Below are positions 8,543-17,578 of a stretch of DNA of 64,000 bases, one piece after another. Below the pieces are notes generated by a model. The model was given only the letters and a program-made list of their open reading frames with translations, searched no databases and was not told the origin of the DNA. Position 1 is the first letter of the stretch. The number at the start of each line of letters is the position of its first letter. The translations under genes were made by a program, and so were the position numbers. This stretch comes from a virus (Duplodnaviria > Caudoviricetes), in the IMG/VR virus record IMGVR_UViG_3300025840_004398; one strand, written 5' to 3'.

Positions 8543-9043
8543 ATGAATACATTTACTCAGATACTAGCAGGATTCGGAGGATTAATATGGATAACAATAA
8601 CATTCCCTCTATACATAACATACATCCTATGGAGAAACAATTGGAAAGTACTTCATAGTGTATCAGACAGTTGGTACATCCTAAAACAAAAAGAACAACA
8701 CGAAGAGATATTCTTTACTCTATTCACTTACTTTCTCGGTATAGGACTTATACTTCAGTACTATCACTCCCCCTTATTCTTCTTAGGAGGTATGGGTTTA
8801 TTTTGGGTAGGTACTCAAACACAATTCAGAGGAGAATCCATTAAGGGTACAATACACTATGTAGGAGCAGTCTTAGCCATAGTACTATCCCTTATAGGAT
8901 TACTTACTCAAGGTGTGTGGATTCCCTTACTCATATGTGGAGTAGGAACTGGTATTATGTACTTAGGAAAGATAAAGAACTTTATTTGGTGGGTTGAGAT
9001 GTTAGCCTTCCTAACTATAATATGGGGTCTATGGATATTATAA
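8543..9043 (+). CDS. multi-pass membrane protein
   Basis: ORF track; about 5-6 hydrophobic segments. Confidence 0.8.
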   Translation: MNTFTQILAGFGGLIWITITFPLYITYILWRNNWKVLHSVSDSWYILKQKEQHEEIFFTLFTYFLGIGLILQYYHSPLFFLGGMGLFWVGTQTQFRGESIKGTIHYVGAVLAIVLSLIGLLTQGVWIPLLICGVGTGIMYLGKIKNFIWWVEMLAFLTIIWGLWIL

Positions 9044-9096
9044 TGTGGTTAATGGTTCTGTGGATGGGTAATCAACTAATCCTCAACTCACGATGA
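9043..9096 (+). CDS. possible 17-aa coupling peptide
   Basis: MWLMVLWMGNQLILNSR; TAATG overlap upstream and ATGA overlap downstream. Confidence 0.3.
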   Translation: MWLMVLWMGNQLILNSR

Positions 9097-9248
9097 AAAG
9101 AGGGTGGAGATTATGGGCTAAAGCTCTTGGAGGTAAGGAAGGGAATAATAGAGAAGCTGATATAGTTGCTCTATGGAGAACTTTGATTGTGTTACAAGCA
9201 GTTATTACGAATGCATTCATAGTATGGAATATACTGAGGAAGTGGTAA
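9093..9248 (+). CDS. small phage membrane protein (51 aa)
   Basis: read by hand: MKRGWRLWAKALGGKEGNNREADIVALWRTLIVLQ...; resembles a recurrent WRLWAKALG...READ phage family (from recall). Confidence 0.75.
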   Translation: MKRGWRLWAKALGGKEGNNREADIVALWRTLIVLQAVITNAFIVWNILRKW

Positions 9249-9388
9249 CATATTTCCTATTAACTGAATATATAGAGATAAGAGGAAACATATTTCCTAA
9301 ATACTATCAATAGAAAGAAGATGAAAAATACTTTTTTGACCGACCAAAAAATTTTTAAAAAGACCGACACTAACTTAGTGAGTATACT
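9247..9388. repeat. non-coding cluster of direct repeats and palindromes
   Basis: AACATATTTCCTA x2 (9247, 9287); GACCGAC x2 (9338, 9362); CACTAA-C-TTAGTG 9368-9380; AGTATACT 9381-9388. Confidence 0.6.
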
Positions 9389-9504
9389 ATTAAGTGAAGG
9401 GTTATTATCTTTTCTTTTAACTTTTTTTCCGTTAAGTGCTGGTAGTGCTTATAACTATACAAAAATTAAAAAAATAATTCAAAAAAATATTAACAACCTC
9501 GATT

Positions 9505-9864
9505 ATGGAGAAAAGAAGAGAATGTAATGTTTGTGGGAAGAACAAACGATATTCCAAATTCAAACACAACGAAAAGAAAACTTGTCTGAAGTGTGAAACT
9601 CGTTGGTGGATGCAATTCCTAAGAAAGTTGATACAAGAGAGAAGATTATCACCACAAGAAAGAATTGGAAACCGATTGGGATATATGGGTTCTGCTTTTA
9701 TCATGTCATCCCCATACCTCCTCCCCTACGATAACATTGGTGTATATACTTACTTGATTGGTGCGTTATTATCTTTACCACAAGTTTGGTTAGCTAAACA
9801 ATGGAACTTGGTAGTGATTAATTTAAATCTATTAGTAGGATACGGCCTATATCTTTTCTCGTGA
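9505..9864 (+). CDS. Zn-finger plus membrane domain protein
   Basis: CNVC...CLKC N-terminus followed by about 3 TM segments. Confidence 0.75.
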   Translation: MEKRRECNVCGKNKRYSKFKHNEKKTCLKCETRWWMQFLRKLIQERRLSPQERIGNRLGYMGSAFIMSSPYLLPYDNIGVYTYLIGALLSLPQVWLAKQWNLVVINLNLLVGYGLYLFS

Positions 9865-9875
9865 TATTTATATCT

Positions 9876-10055
9876 ATGAGATATAACCCATTCACATGGG
9901 AACAGAAGTTATACTTAACCTTTGTTATTCTTGGAAGAATATTCCAAAATTTAATTCTCATCGTTTACCACTTCACCTTGATGAAGTATTATCAATTAAA
10001 ACAATGGTTACATACAAAATACATAAAGTTACGTTATCTATTGTTCTCGTATTAG
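9876..10055 (+). CDS. small hypothetical protein
   Basis: MRYNPFTWEQKLYLTFV...; track gives GTG 9861; overlaps the start of the next gene. Confidence 0.55.
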   Translation: MRYNPFTWEQKLYLTFVILGRIFQNLILIVYHFTLMKYYQLKQWLHTKYIKLRYLLFSY

Positions 10056-10480
10056 TTACTCTAAATGTTTTAGCATTAACTAATTGGGAATATTATCTTT
10101 TCTTTCGTTCTGATAAATTGTTTATCGATGAACGAGTAGAAGAAGATGTAAACGATGTGATAAAGGGGTTTTATAAACGAGGTGTTCCATTACATCAAAT
10201 CGGTGAGGAATCATTTATGGTTTCTATCGATGATTGTATGCCTCCCTTTTATTGGGGAATAGCTGAAGGAACTGGTATACCCGATAAAGTTCTTATTAGT
10301 CTCAATAGAGAAATTCTCAAATCAACTACCGAATTTAGAAAGTGGGTCATTGCTCACGAACTTGGACACGAACTTGGATACTTCCATGAAGATACTTTAT
10401 ACATCATGGGTCAGTATTTAGGAAAGGGGTCATATGATAAAGCTATGGATGAGTTGATAAAAAAAATTAAAAATAAATAA
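10004..10480 (+). CDS. metzincin (matrixin-like) zinc metalloprotease
   Basis: HELGHELGYFH (HExxHxxGxxH) plus Met-turn IMG; N-terminal TM; start uncertain (track 9896). Confidence 0.8.
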   Translation: MVTYKIHKVTLSIVLVLVTLNVLALTNWEYYLFFRSDKLFIDERVEEDVNDVIKGFYKRGVPLHQIGEESFMVSIDDCMPPFYWGIAEGTGIPDKVLISLNREILKSTTEFRKWVIAHELGHELGYFHEDTLYIMGQYLGKGSYDKAMDELIKKIKNK

Positions 10481-10488
10481 TATAAATT

Positions 10489-10881
10489 ATGAATTTTAAC
10501 GATTGGAATGATGACGATGATTTCGAAAATGAAGATGGTAACCATAGAAATGGATATTTCGATAGAATAAGACAAAATGAAAAAGAAATGTTGAAAATAA
10601 ATATGGTACGTCATTTTGAATTTCCACCTTCTTTAGAAGAGTGGAGAGAATTTTTTGGTGAACCCACCGATGAAGATTGTGCCGATATAACACAAGCTTA
10701 TATAAAACAACACCATCATTATGGAGAAAATCATATTGCTCAATTCGTAGATGCATTCGATATTAATTGGGTAAGATATTTATTATGGTACAATGAATCA
10801 GTTGAAGAATATGAACTATGTGCAATACTAAAATCACACATAGATATAAACATCAAATCTCATAAAAAAAGTATTAAATGA
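10489..10881 (+). CDS. hypothetical protein with UVR-like C-terminal motif
   Basis: ESVEEYELCAILK. Confidence 0.7.
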   Translation: MNFNDWNDDDDFENEDGNHRNGYFDRIRQNEKEMLKINMVRHFEFPPSLEEWREFFGEPTDEDCADITQAYIKQHHHYGENHIAQFVDAFDINWVRYLLWYNESVEEYELCAILKSHIDINIKSHKKSIK

Positions 10882-11513
10882 AAGAATTAAAGCTTTGTGA
10901 TAAAATGTCATATTGGTTATCTAGATTTGACACTAAAAATTTAAAATCGATTCTATCAGACACCATATCTTTATCAGAAAAAAATAAAGCCAACAATGGA
11001 GCTCACATGGTATCTAAGCACAAAAATCTAAATGAATTTAATGAATGGATAAACAAAAAGGAAAATCATTTATCGGAACTTTGTCATCATGCATTCTCAG
11101 TTTGTAAGGGGATTACTAAAAAGGAATGGGAATCGATTGAAAGTACATTTTGGATTAATATAGTTAAAGCTAAAAATCCTGTTCAAAGGGGGAAAGTCGA
11201 TGGTAGGGATGATTTAGTATGGCACAATCATACCGAAATAAATAAAAAATATGAAGAAAATCCACCAGACTATACATTCGTATTTTATTTACAAATGCCA
11301 AATAATTTAAAAAATGATGATGGTATGATTTATTTAAGAGGTTCTAAGGGTGAGATAGTTTCATTCCTTCCCAAAGTTGGTGACTTATTAATTTTGGATG
11401 GAAATTGTTGGCATTCACCACAAACAGCATTAAATTCAGACATGGATAGAATTGTACTTGCCGGTAATTTTTATTTTAAACCAAATTTAAAAAAAATGAA
11501 AACATTATTATGA
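10878..11513 (+). CDS. 2OG-Fe(II) oxygenase-like (HxH...H type), paralog of 2757
   Basis: WHNH, FVFYLQMP...DDGMIY, PKVGDLLI...WHSP, RIVLAGNF; ends KTLL. Confidence 0.75.
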   Translation: MKELKLCDKMSYWLSRFDTKNLKSILSDTISLSEKNKANNGAHMVSKHKNLNEFNEWINKKENHLSELCHHAFSVCKGITKKEWESIESTFWINIVKAKNPVQRGKVDGRDDLVWHNHTEINKKYEENPPDYTFVFYLQMPNNLKNDDGMIYLRGSKGEIVSFLPKVGDLLILDGNCWHSPQTALNSDMDRIVLAGNFYFKPNLKKMKTLL

Positions 11514-12415
11514 AAAAAAAAATGTTTTCATTTGGATGTTCTTATACCAACTACCTTTGGCCGACCTATGCTGATTATATAGGTACCATGTTTGAAAATT
11601 ATTATAACCAAGGGATATCGGGTTCTGGTAATAAACGAATATTTAATATTGTTTGTTCACATCTACATAAGTTTACTAAAAATGATTTTGTTGTAATCCA
11701 ATGGAGTGGGTTAGAAAGAAACGATAAAATATTACCACCCACCCACAATAGAATCGATACATTCTCTAATAGACGAATTGATGATGGAACTTGGTTTTCA
11801 AATGGTTCTGTATTTGAAAACAATGGATTTTTTTCGGAAGAATATCGTACTAATTATTTTAGTTATGATGAACAATACGAAATGTTAATATCATATTGTA
11901 AATGTTTAAAGATGATATTAGATAATATAGGATGTAAGTATTTGTTTATTTTTATGTCAAACCCACTAAATCCTTTGTTAAAGAAACTCAACGGAGAGCC
12001 ATTGGCTATATATTATGAATCGGAACTAAGAAATAGAATGTTAGAATCTTTTTATAAAAAATATAATCACGAACATTTTAATCGAGAATTCATAAGAAAC
12101 CTTAACTTTTATAAAAAATGTTTATTTCATCTACAAACAGAAATAGAACAAAATGAAGAATCAAATTATACAGCATCAGATTTGAATGAGCATTTTATCA
12201 AAGATTATCATCCTAAATCACATACTCACTATAAAATAGCCCTTAAACTAATTAAAGATTTAGATATAATTGGAGACCATCCTCTTAAAGAAGATAAATT
12301 AATGTCTTTATCAAAAGAAATTGACAATAAATTTACATATGATAATCTGGAAAAAATTGAATACGATTATAAAACCATACAGGTTGAATCACACAATTCA
12401 ATCAGAGATTTATAA
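11510..12415 (+). CDS. SGNH-like protein
   Basis: FSFGCSYT, GISGSGN, QWSG..R, DYHPKSHTH. Confidence 0.7.
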   Translation: MKKKMFSFGCSYTNYLWPTYADYIGTMFENYYNQGISGSGNKRIFNIVCSHLHKFTKNDFVVIQWSGLERNDKILPPTHNRIDTFSNRRIDDGTWFSNGSVFENNGFFSEEYRTNYFSYDEQYEMLISYCKCLKMILDNIGCKYLFIFMSNPLNPLLKKLNGEPLAIYYESELRNRMLESFYKKYNHEHFNREFIRNLNFYKKCLFHLQTEIEQNEESNYTASDLNEHFIKDYHPKSHTHYKIALKLIKDLDIIGDHPLKEDKLMSLSKEIDNKFTYDNLEKIEYDYKTIQVESHNSIRDL

Positions 12416-12451
12416 TATAAAAATATTTAATAATAAAAACAACATTTAATA

Positions 12452-13330
12452 GTGGATACTGTAATATACTCTTATAAAAATATAAACACACAAGGTAAAA
12501 CATTTGACGATGATTTTATTAAAATGGCAAGGTTATCGGTTGAATCATCTTCTAAGTTTTACAAAACAAAGTTATATTGTGATGGGGGTAGTAAAGAACT
12601 ATTTGACAGGTATAATATAAAATTTGATGAGGTTATAGTACTTGATGAGTTAAATGATTATAGTGGTTCTGTATTTTGTATGCCAAAAATAATCACAATG
12701 ATGCATCAAACTGAACCATATATTCATTTAGACTTTGATGTTTTAATTTTAAGAAAACTTCAAGATAAAGATTGTATTGGATTTGCATATCCTGAAGTTA
12801 GTATATCACCCACATATAATTTTGAACAAATTGAGTATGTATATGAATCCTATATATTACCATTTAAAAAATACTCAAAGGATAAAACAGATTATAAAGA
12901 ATCTATACTTTGGAACTTTGATAAGATACCAAATCATGGTATCATTTATGTAAACAATCCAAACATAATAAAGTCAGCTTACCAGCAAATTATAATAGAT
13001 TTTGAAGATGCGGTAAACGAATCGAAACCAATGGAGGGATTGGCTCAGTATATAGAACAGTTTAGCTTAAAAAGATATTTAGATGAGAATAAAATAAAAT
13101 ATGATTTTTATGAAGATGTTTGTAATTTTTCATTTGAAATCGATATGAATAAATTTACAATAAGGGGTAATAGTAAATTAAAAACAGATTTACACTTCTT
13201 ATTACATCATGATTTTATTCACTTTCATAATTACCCATTAAATAGAGAACTGTTTAGAGAAATAATTGATTATTTTAATATGTCTATTTTTAATAAAAAA
13301 ACTGAAAAAATAAATAAAATTTTAATGTAA
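12452..13330 (+). CDS. DUF6734-like / GT-like protein
   Basis: PKIITMMHQTEPYIHLDFDVLI; PNHGII; IEQ; ends KILM. Confidence 0.55.
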   Translation: MDTVIYSYKNINTQGKTFDDDFIKMARLSVESSSKFYKTKLYCDGGSKELFDRYNIKFDEVIVLDELNDYSGSVFCMPKIITMMHQTEPYIHLDFDVLILRKLQDKDCIGFAYPEVSISPTYNFEQIEYVYESYILPFKKYSKDKTDYKESILWNFDKIPNHGIIYVNNPNIIKSAYQQIIIDFEDAVNESKPMEGLAQYIEQFSLKRYLDENKIKYDFYEDVCNFSFEIDMNKFTIRGNSKLKTDLHFLLHHDFIHFHNYPLNRELFREIIDYFNMSIFNKKTEKINKILM

Positions 13331-13334
13331 AATA

Positions 13335-13380
13335 TTTGGATTTCTCATATTTTTTTCGTATATTTACTATGTAAATGATT
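13335..13380 (+). promoter_or_regulatory. sigma-A type promoter, extended variant
   Basis: TTTG 13335, 20-nt spacer, TATATTTA 13359; 30-nt block TTTTTTCGTATATTTACTATGTAAATGATT identical to the copy at 27885-27914. Confidence 0.8.
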
Positions 13381-13394
13381 AAGATATAAAAGTT

Positions 13395-13715
13395 ATGGCA
13401 ACTACACAATTTGAAATCTGGTTAGAAAAAGTAGAAAAAGAAAGAGAATCTTATTGGAATAAAAACTTCTCTTACAAACCTTACACCCCACTAATTATTG
13501 AGAAAGGTAGAAAGTATATAAAACTTACTGATTCAATTAATGGTTCAGTTTGGGGATTCGTTTCTATGGTTGATGGTGTGAATAAAGGAGCAGCAATTAA
13601 AAAAGGTGATTTACTAATGCCTGCATCTTGGAGAACTCCTGCTAAACATAGTAGAGGAAACATCTTTGAAGGAACTGATAGTTGGAACTTCAATGGACCT
13701 AATTATTTAAAATAA
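13395..13715 (+). CDS. conserved phage hypothetical protein
   Basis: GRKYIKL..SVWGFV..KKGDLLMPASWRTPAKHSRGNIF, a recurrent phage family (from recall). Confidence 0.85.
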   Translation: MATTQFEIWLEKVEKERESYWNKNFSYKPYTPLIIEKGRKYIKLTDSINGSVWGFVSMVDGVNKGAAIKKGDLLMPASWRTPAKHSRGNIFEGTDSWNFNGPNYLK

Positions 13716-13734
13716 ATTATAAAACTTAAACGAT

Positions 13735-13962
13735 ATGAACATTAAAGAATTTTACTTAGAAAACTACCCAACAGATGATTTGGGTACAGAACTTAAAGAT
13801 AACACAACCTTTACAGGTTTGTTAAATGAACTACACAATGGTAATGATGTATATGATTACATCGGTGTTGGTGATAGTTTAATTAGAGAAAGATTGTTTG
13901 AAAAACTTTCAAACATACTCAACACTTCTTATGATTACATTTGGAACCTTTGGTTAAAATAA
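13735..13962 (+). CDS. hypothetical protein
   Basis: ORF track. Confidence 0.8.
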   Translation: MNIKEFYLENYPTDDLGTELKDNTTFTGLLNELHNGNDVYDYIGVGDSLIRERLFEKLSNILNTSYDYIWNLWLK

Positions 13963-14204
13963 TGGAATGGGATGATATACATGAGTTAGAAGCAGATATC
14001 TACTCAAAGGATTCAAAAACTCCACAACAAGTTATGGAACACAAATTCAATGTGGTTCATAATCGTAATTGGAAAGAATACCTCAACTCAATTGAGTGGG
14101 ATGGTCTTTGGTTGAAACACGATACCGAAGAAGAAAGACAAAGAAAAAAAGAAGAACAATATCAAAGGGAATTAGAAAACTCTCCTTTTGCAAAATGGTT
14201 TTAA
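13962..14204 (+). CDS. hypothetical protein
   Basis: start reassigned to TAATG-coupled ATG 13962. Confidence 0.75.
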   Translation: MEWDDIHELEADIYSKDSKTPQQVMEHKFNVVHNRNWKEYLNSIEWDGLWLKHDTEEERQRKKEEQYQRELENSPFAKWF

Positions 14205-14234
14205 TCCGCATATTTAAGTGTGTAAATTTATATT

Positions 14235-15479
14235 ATGAAAAATATTCACATAATTGGAGGAGGTACTGCGGGTTGGTTAACTGCTATGTTCTTACAAAAC
14301 ATACAACCAAAATCAAATATAACTTTGATTGAAAGTAAATCTATCGGCATAGTAGGTGTGGGTGAAGGTACTACCCCAAACATAAGAGCTTTATTTAAAC
14401 GGCTATGCATAGATGAAGAGGATTTTCAATCAAATACAAATTCTACGAGAAAGATAGGAATTCATTTTAGTAATTGGCCTGGAGATGGTTCATCTTATAA
14501 TCATGATTTTTATTTATCAAATAAAAGAAATTACGCATTTCACTTTGATACCTATACTCTTGGTGAATATTTTAAAAACAAAGCCAAACAAAAAGGTATT
14601 AACTATATACAAGATGATGTATTGGAATTCAAAACAGAAGATGTACTAATTAATGGAGATACCGAATCCCACATAAGACAACTAATACTCCAAGATAATG
14701 GAGTTATTGAAACTGATTTTATATTTGATTGTACCGGATTCTCACGATTAATTCTAGATAAGGTTATGAAATCAAAATGGGTTTCTGTTAAAAAATACTT
14801 AACCCTTAATTCAGCATTACCCTTTTATTTACCAAACGACACTTTGTTATCTAAAGATACTAATACACGAACAGATTCCATCAGTATGAAAAATGGTTGG
14901 TTATGGATGATACCACTCCAAGATAGAATGGGATGTGGGTATGTTTTTGATTCCAACTATATAAGTGATGAAGAAGCAAAAAAAGAAGTAGAAGAATTCT
15001 TAGGTCATTCTGTTGATTTTAAAAAAAGAATATCGTTTGAATCAGGATACTTTAATGAAGTATGGAAAGGAAATTGTATATCAATTGGATTAAGTGGGGG
15101 TTTTTTTGAGCCACTTGAAGCAACATCCATAATGACTATTATTATTCAATTAAATAAATTGATAAGTAACTCGTTTGATTACACTAAACGGAATTTTTAT
15201 AATCTATCTATTAGAAATGCAAATGAACAAATTTTAAATTTTATAAGATATCATTATGTATGTGATAGAGATGATTCTAAATTTTGGCAAGATTATAAAA
15301 AAAGAGAAATGCCTGATAAATTAAAATCTCTTTTAAATGATAAAAATAAATTAAAAGTATTAACTACGAAGGAATTAAATAAAATTTTAAAAAATCCAGT
15401 TGGCGCAACTGTATTTGATATACCAAGTTATTTAATACAAAGTTCGGGTAATTTTAAAAAAGAAACCCCAATAATATAA
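14235..15479 (+). CDS. flavin-dependent halogenase (tryptophan halogenase family)
   Basis: GGGTAGW, GVGEGT, TRKIGIHFSNW (catalytic Lys), YAFHFD, DCTGF, WLWMIP, FFEPLEATSI. Confidence 0.9.
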   Translation: MKNIHIIGGGTAGWLTAMFLQNIQPKSNITLIESKSIGIVGVGEGTTPNIRALFKRLCIDEEDFQSNTNSTRKIGIHFSNWPGDGSSYNHDFYLSNKRNYAFHFDTYTLGEYFKNKAKQKGINYIQDDVLEFKTEDVLINGDTESHIRQLILQDNGVIETDFIFDCTGFSRLILDKVMKSKWVSVKKYLTLNSALPFYLPNDTLLSKDTNTRTDSISMKNGWLWMIPLQDRMGCGYVFDSNYISDEEAKKEVEEFLGHSVDFKKRISFESGYFNEVWKGNCISIGLSGGFFEPLEATSIMTIIIQLNKLISNSFDYTKRNFYNLSIRNANEQILNFIRYHYVCDRDDSKFWQDYKKREMPDKLKSLLNDKNKLKVLTTKELNKILKNPVGATVFDIPSYLIQSSGNFKKETPII

Positions 15480-15529
15480 TAAATGTAAATTGGAATTAGA
15501 AAGATTTCCCTTTACTAAATAGTTTTAAT

Positions 15530-15892
15530 ATGGAAAAAATAAAATGGAGTTATGTACTAATAGGAGCATTCCTAACTTTCTTCGCACAAGGTGGTGCATG
15601 GGCTCAACACAACCTACAATTTAAATACACAGATTATGGAACAACATGGTGGGGATGGTATGTCTTATCTATCCCACTTACTTGGTTATTCTTAACAGGT
15701 ACGAAATATACTGTTGAAGGATTCGATGGTTCTGTGTGGTCTAATAGATTTGTTGGATTTACAATTGGTATAGTTGTTTACGCAGTTCTTACCTCTTGGT
15801 TCTTCAATCAACATATAACTTGGAAGATTGGAGCACAGTTATTATTAGCAATGGGTATATTATTAATACAAGCTCTTTGGCCAGGAAAATGA
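15530..15892 (+). CDS. 4-TM membrane protein
   Basis: ORF track; hydrophobic segments. Confidence 0.8.
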   Translation: MEKIKWSYVLIGAFLTFFAQGGAWAQHNLQFKYTDYGTTWWGWYVLSIPLTWLFLTGTKYTVEGFDGSVWSNRFVGFTIGIVVYAVLTSWFFNQHITWKIGAQLLLAMGILLIQALWPGK

Positions 15893-16107
15893 ACGAATTA
15901 GATTTACATGGATTCACCCACGATGAAGCTGTATTTGTTACTGAAAATTTTGTATTAATGGAATCACAAGACCCACTATTCCAATGTCGAATCATTGTAG
16001 GTAACTCTTCCAAAATGTCAGAATTGGTAAAGGAAGTATTAGATAAACATGATTTTAGATACTATATCCCAAGTTGGAATATTGGTGAAATAATAGTATC
16101 AAATTAA
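15889..16107 (+). CDS. Smr domain-like protein
   Basis: ELDLHGFTHDEA...RIIVGNS; start reassigned to ATGA-coupled 15889. Confidence 0.7.
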   Translation: MNELDLHGFTHDEAVFVTENFVLMESQDPLFQCRIIVGNSSKMSELVKEVLDKHDFRYYIPSWNIGEIIVSN

Positions 16108-16118
16108 ATTACAAATAT

Positions 16119-16152
16119 TTTGGATAATTAAAATATTTTTTGTATATTTGTA
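16119..16152 (+). promoter_or_regulatory. Bacteroidetes sigma-A type promoter
   Basis: TTTG 16119, 20-nt spacer, TATATTTG 16143-16150. Confidence 0.8.
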
Positions 16153-16168
16153 ATATAAAACTTAAAAT

Positions 16169-16357
16169 ATGAACCAATGGAATTATCGAGAAATGGGTTC
16201 TCGAAACAAAAAGACTGGTAAGTTAAATTACTATCAAGTTACAGTAACAGATTATAAGATATCCGATTGTTCGTGTCCAGCAAGAGGGTTTAGAAGATAT
16301 ACCCCATGTAAACATATGAAACGTTTACACGAAAAGCTAGGACACTTAGCTATATAA
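16169..16357 (+). CDS. SWIM zinc finger protein
   Basis: CSCPARGFRRYTPCKH. Confidence 0.8.
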   Translation: MNQWNYREMGSRNKKTGKLNYYQVTVTDYKISDCSCPARGFRRYTPCKHMKRLHEKLGHLAI

Positions 16358-16370
16358 AAGGAAAATAAAA

Positions 16371-16631
16371 ATGAGATTACCTATAATAAAGCATTTAGTA
16401 GAGAACCCAGATTTCGATGAAGATTACTTCGAAGAAACTGTGTATGTGTTAGTATCACTTGCCGATGCACGAGGAATCAAAGATGAAGAACTCGATGTAA
16501 TTGGTGAGTTGGTATCTAACCTTGAAGGTGCCATTGATGTTAAAAAACAAATCAAAGATGGTGTACCTCAGAAAGAAGCACTCAATTCTTTTATGCAAAG
16601 AGTAATGGGTTCATTAAAAAAGATACAATAG
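16371..16631 (+). CDS. DUF6952-like Bacteroidota protein
   Basis: MRLPIIKHL...KDEELDVIGELVSNLEGA..V.K.IKDG..QKEALNSFM.RVMGS resembles the Flavobacteriia family (from recall). Confidence 0.75.
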   Translation: MRLPIIKHLVENPDFDEDYFEETVYVLVSLADARGIKDEELDVIGELVSNLEGAIDVKKQIKDGVPQKEALNSFMQRVMGSLKKIQ

Positions 16632-16634
16632 TAT

Positions 16635-17516
16635 ATGGTGATTCCTACTACAATACTCTTTAATGATAGAGTATGTTTTATAACTTTTTATAAGGTTGGT
16701 AGTAGAGCTACTGTTGACTTATTTAATAGATTTACCAATCAAGAAAACATTATTAAGGCTGAAATTAAAGTAGATGAAAACTTTAAACTTATAGATGATG
16801 ACATTTCCCATATTGGTAAACAACTTGCTCAAATTGAAAAGGACAAGGTAAGAAAAGAATTAAATAATATTTTTTTAGAGAAAACAGAAAAAGATATAAT
16901 AATATTATATCGAGACCCATCTAAAAGATTTTTAACAGGAATTATAGAAGAATTTTCATTTAGTTTAAAAAAGTATTTTGATAATGATAATTATAACACA
17001 ATTATAAGTGATGTAATAAATTCGTTAAATTTTAATGGTACTCAAGATGAATACGAATCAATTTTAGAAAGAAAGGGTGTTTTTGTATTAAATCAAAATT
17101 ATAGTAGACTATCTAAAAATGAATCTGATTTTTATAAAAAATTATTTTATGAATATATTAATGAACTTTCCAAACGTTCGTTTAATACTGGACATACATA
17201 TCACTATTTGACACCACTTTTTTTATTATTAGAGACCAATGAGGCCATAAAAAATAATCGTAAAATAAAATTACTAAATTTAGATTTAGATAAAAATAAA
17301 TTACAAGAAACCTTACTTGGATATGGCTCTCATGGTGAAGTTGAATCAATTCCTAATTCAACTTCCAATTCATTATTCGTAGATTTTGCAAACGAATTGA
17401 TATTCAAAGGTCAGGCTGATTGGGATAAACAAAAACTTAAAAACTCTATATCAAGATATCTAATGTATGAAAATATAGGATATAAAAAACTTATAAATAA
17501 TCCTAAAAATATTTAA
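16635..17516 (+). CDS. sulfotransferase family 2-like protein
   Basis: FYKVGSR (PAPS 5' loop-like) and LYRDPSKRFLTG (3' site-like). Confidence 0.55.
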   Translation: MVIPTTILFNDRVCFITFYKVGSRATVDLFNRFTNQENIIKAEIKVDENFKLIDDDISHIGKQLAQIEKDKVRKELNNIFLEKTEKDIIILYRDPSKRFLTGIIEEFSFSLKKYFDNDNYNTIISDVINSLNFNGTQDEYESILERKGVFVLNQNYSRLSKNESDFYKKLFYEYINELSKRSFNTGHTYHYLTPLFLLLETNEAIKNNRKIKLLNLDLDKNKLQETLLGYGSHGEVESIPNSTSNSLFVDFANELIFKGQADWDKQKLKNSISRYLMYENIGYKKLINNPKNI

Positions 17517-17523
17517 TAAAAAA

Positions 17524-17557
17524 TTTGTATAATTAAAAAATAATTCGTATATTTGTA
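17524..17557 (+). promoter_or_regulatory. Bacteroidetes sigma-A type promoter
   Basis: TTTG 17524, 20-nt spacer, TATATTTG 17548-17555. Confidence 0.8.
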
Positions 17558-17578
17558 AAAATTAATTAAATTAAAATT

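Noticed and set aside
9321-9527. 68-aa ORF across the repeat-rich gap
   Set aside because: It runs through T-tracts and palindromes, overlaps the 9505 gene, and has an unnatural composition; the region is better explained as non-coding.
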